Below, in pieces: positions 63,612 to 64,000 of a stretch of 64,000 nucleotides of DNA. Position 1 is the first letter of the stretch. Each line of letters starts with the position of its first letter. Made by a program: the position numbers and the translations under genes. The notes beneath the pieces were generated by a model. The model was not told the DNA's origin and made no database searches. It saw only the letters and a list, made by a program, of their open reading frames with translations. Origin of the DNA: Alphaproteobacteria bacterium RIFCSPLOWO2_01_FULL_40_26 (GTDB taxonomy: Bacteria; Pseudomonadota; Alphaproteobacteria; Rickettsiales; UBA1997); the NCBI GenBank assembly GCA_001767955.1, contig MEMO01000017.1:22090-86089 (forward strand). Reading direction: 5' to 3'.

Positions 63612-64000
63612 ATGCTTCAAGATTTAAAATTCAGCAAAGAACTCAATTTGCTTTTCATCAGCATCTTCCTCTTTGCCTGCGCTCTTGGCATAGATCTTGT
63701 TACCTTCCCCACCATTTTAAGCAGAAACAATGTCAACCCGGGTTTAATTGGCATCGCCGGTGTTTCTGAGGTGATTGGCGGAATTTTAGCTTCATTTTTT
63801 TTAAGCCGTCTGGTTGCAAAAACAGGTATGATTAGAGCTTTGCGCATCTCCTCATCTGCCTACGCCACCTCGATTTTACTGATTTACTTTTACCAAAATT
63901 TTTTCCTCTGGCTGGCATTTGTTTTTTTCATGGGATGCTGCTGGTTCATTTATGTCATTACACGTCAAGCCTGGATGAACATCCTCTTAAGCAATGAACA
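63612..64000 (+). CDS. MFS-type transporter, 3' end beyond the window
   Basis: The frame is open from ATG 63612 to the window end and is absent from the ORF track because no stop is reached. It has successive hydrophobic helices (FISIFLFACALGIDLVTFP, IGGILASFFLSRL). Confidence 0.55.
   Translation, partial: MLQDLKFSKELNLLFISIFLFACALGIDLVTFPTILSRNNVNPGLIGIAGVSEVIGGILASFFLSRLVAKTGMIRALRISSSAYATSILLIYFYQNFFLWLAFVFFMGCCWFIYVITRQAWMNILLSNE

Overview
This is a 64-kb chromosomal window from an AT-rich, repeat-laden proteobacterium. It is most likely a host-associated alphaproteobacterium (Rickettsiales/Holosporales-like). That placement is an inference from an ELM1/DUF1022-family gene, dxr-rseP linkage, and palindromic elements that invade coding sequence as Rickettsia RPEs do. 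All homology calls are by-eye motif recognition; no searches were run. I call about 65 CDS, one tRNA-Pro(UGG), no rRNA and no CRISPR. The housekeeping backbone is glyA, ndk, hisE, erpA, glyQ, fadE, trpG/trpD, rseP, dxr, rbfA, dcd, kefB-like, ilvE, argC, mnmE, rlmH, coaD, tatC, polA, murF, mraY, cimA, rarA and dxs. Accessory content: (1) a roughly 2-kb toxin-antitoxin/defence-type islet splitting trpG from trpD, plus relE/RHH and phd/vapC pairs and a second NTase-HEPN gene; (2) a 13-kb, 12-gene minus-strand glycan locus 1.6 kb downstream of tRNA-Pro and next to a decayed IS5-like element. It encodes a GDP-heptose to 6-deoxy-heptose-type pathway plus a GtrB-like/YfhO-like pair; (3) at least four families of palindromic or MITE-like repeats. 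One unusual family is built from four tandem heptamers, a 14-16-nt spacer and four inverted heptamers. It occurs both intergenically and in-frame inside polA, murF and a kinase gene. The best candidate for an undescribed system is the tightly packed unit at 38972-46809. It comprises an ELM1-family protein, a protein of about 2,030 aa, and a translationally coupled type-IV-pilin-like protein. The large protein has a lipoprotein signal, a roughly 1,080-aa Cys/Ser/Thr-rich exodomain, a TrbL/VirB6-like polytopic core and a roughly 610-aa charged tail. No other type IV secretion or type IV pilus genes lie in the window.
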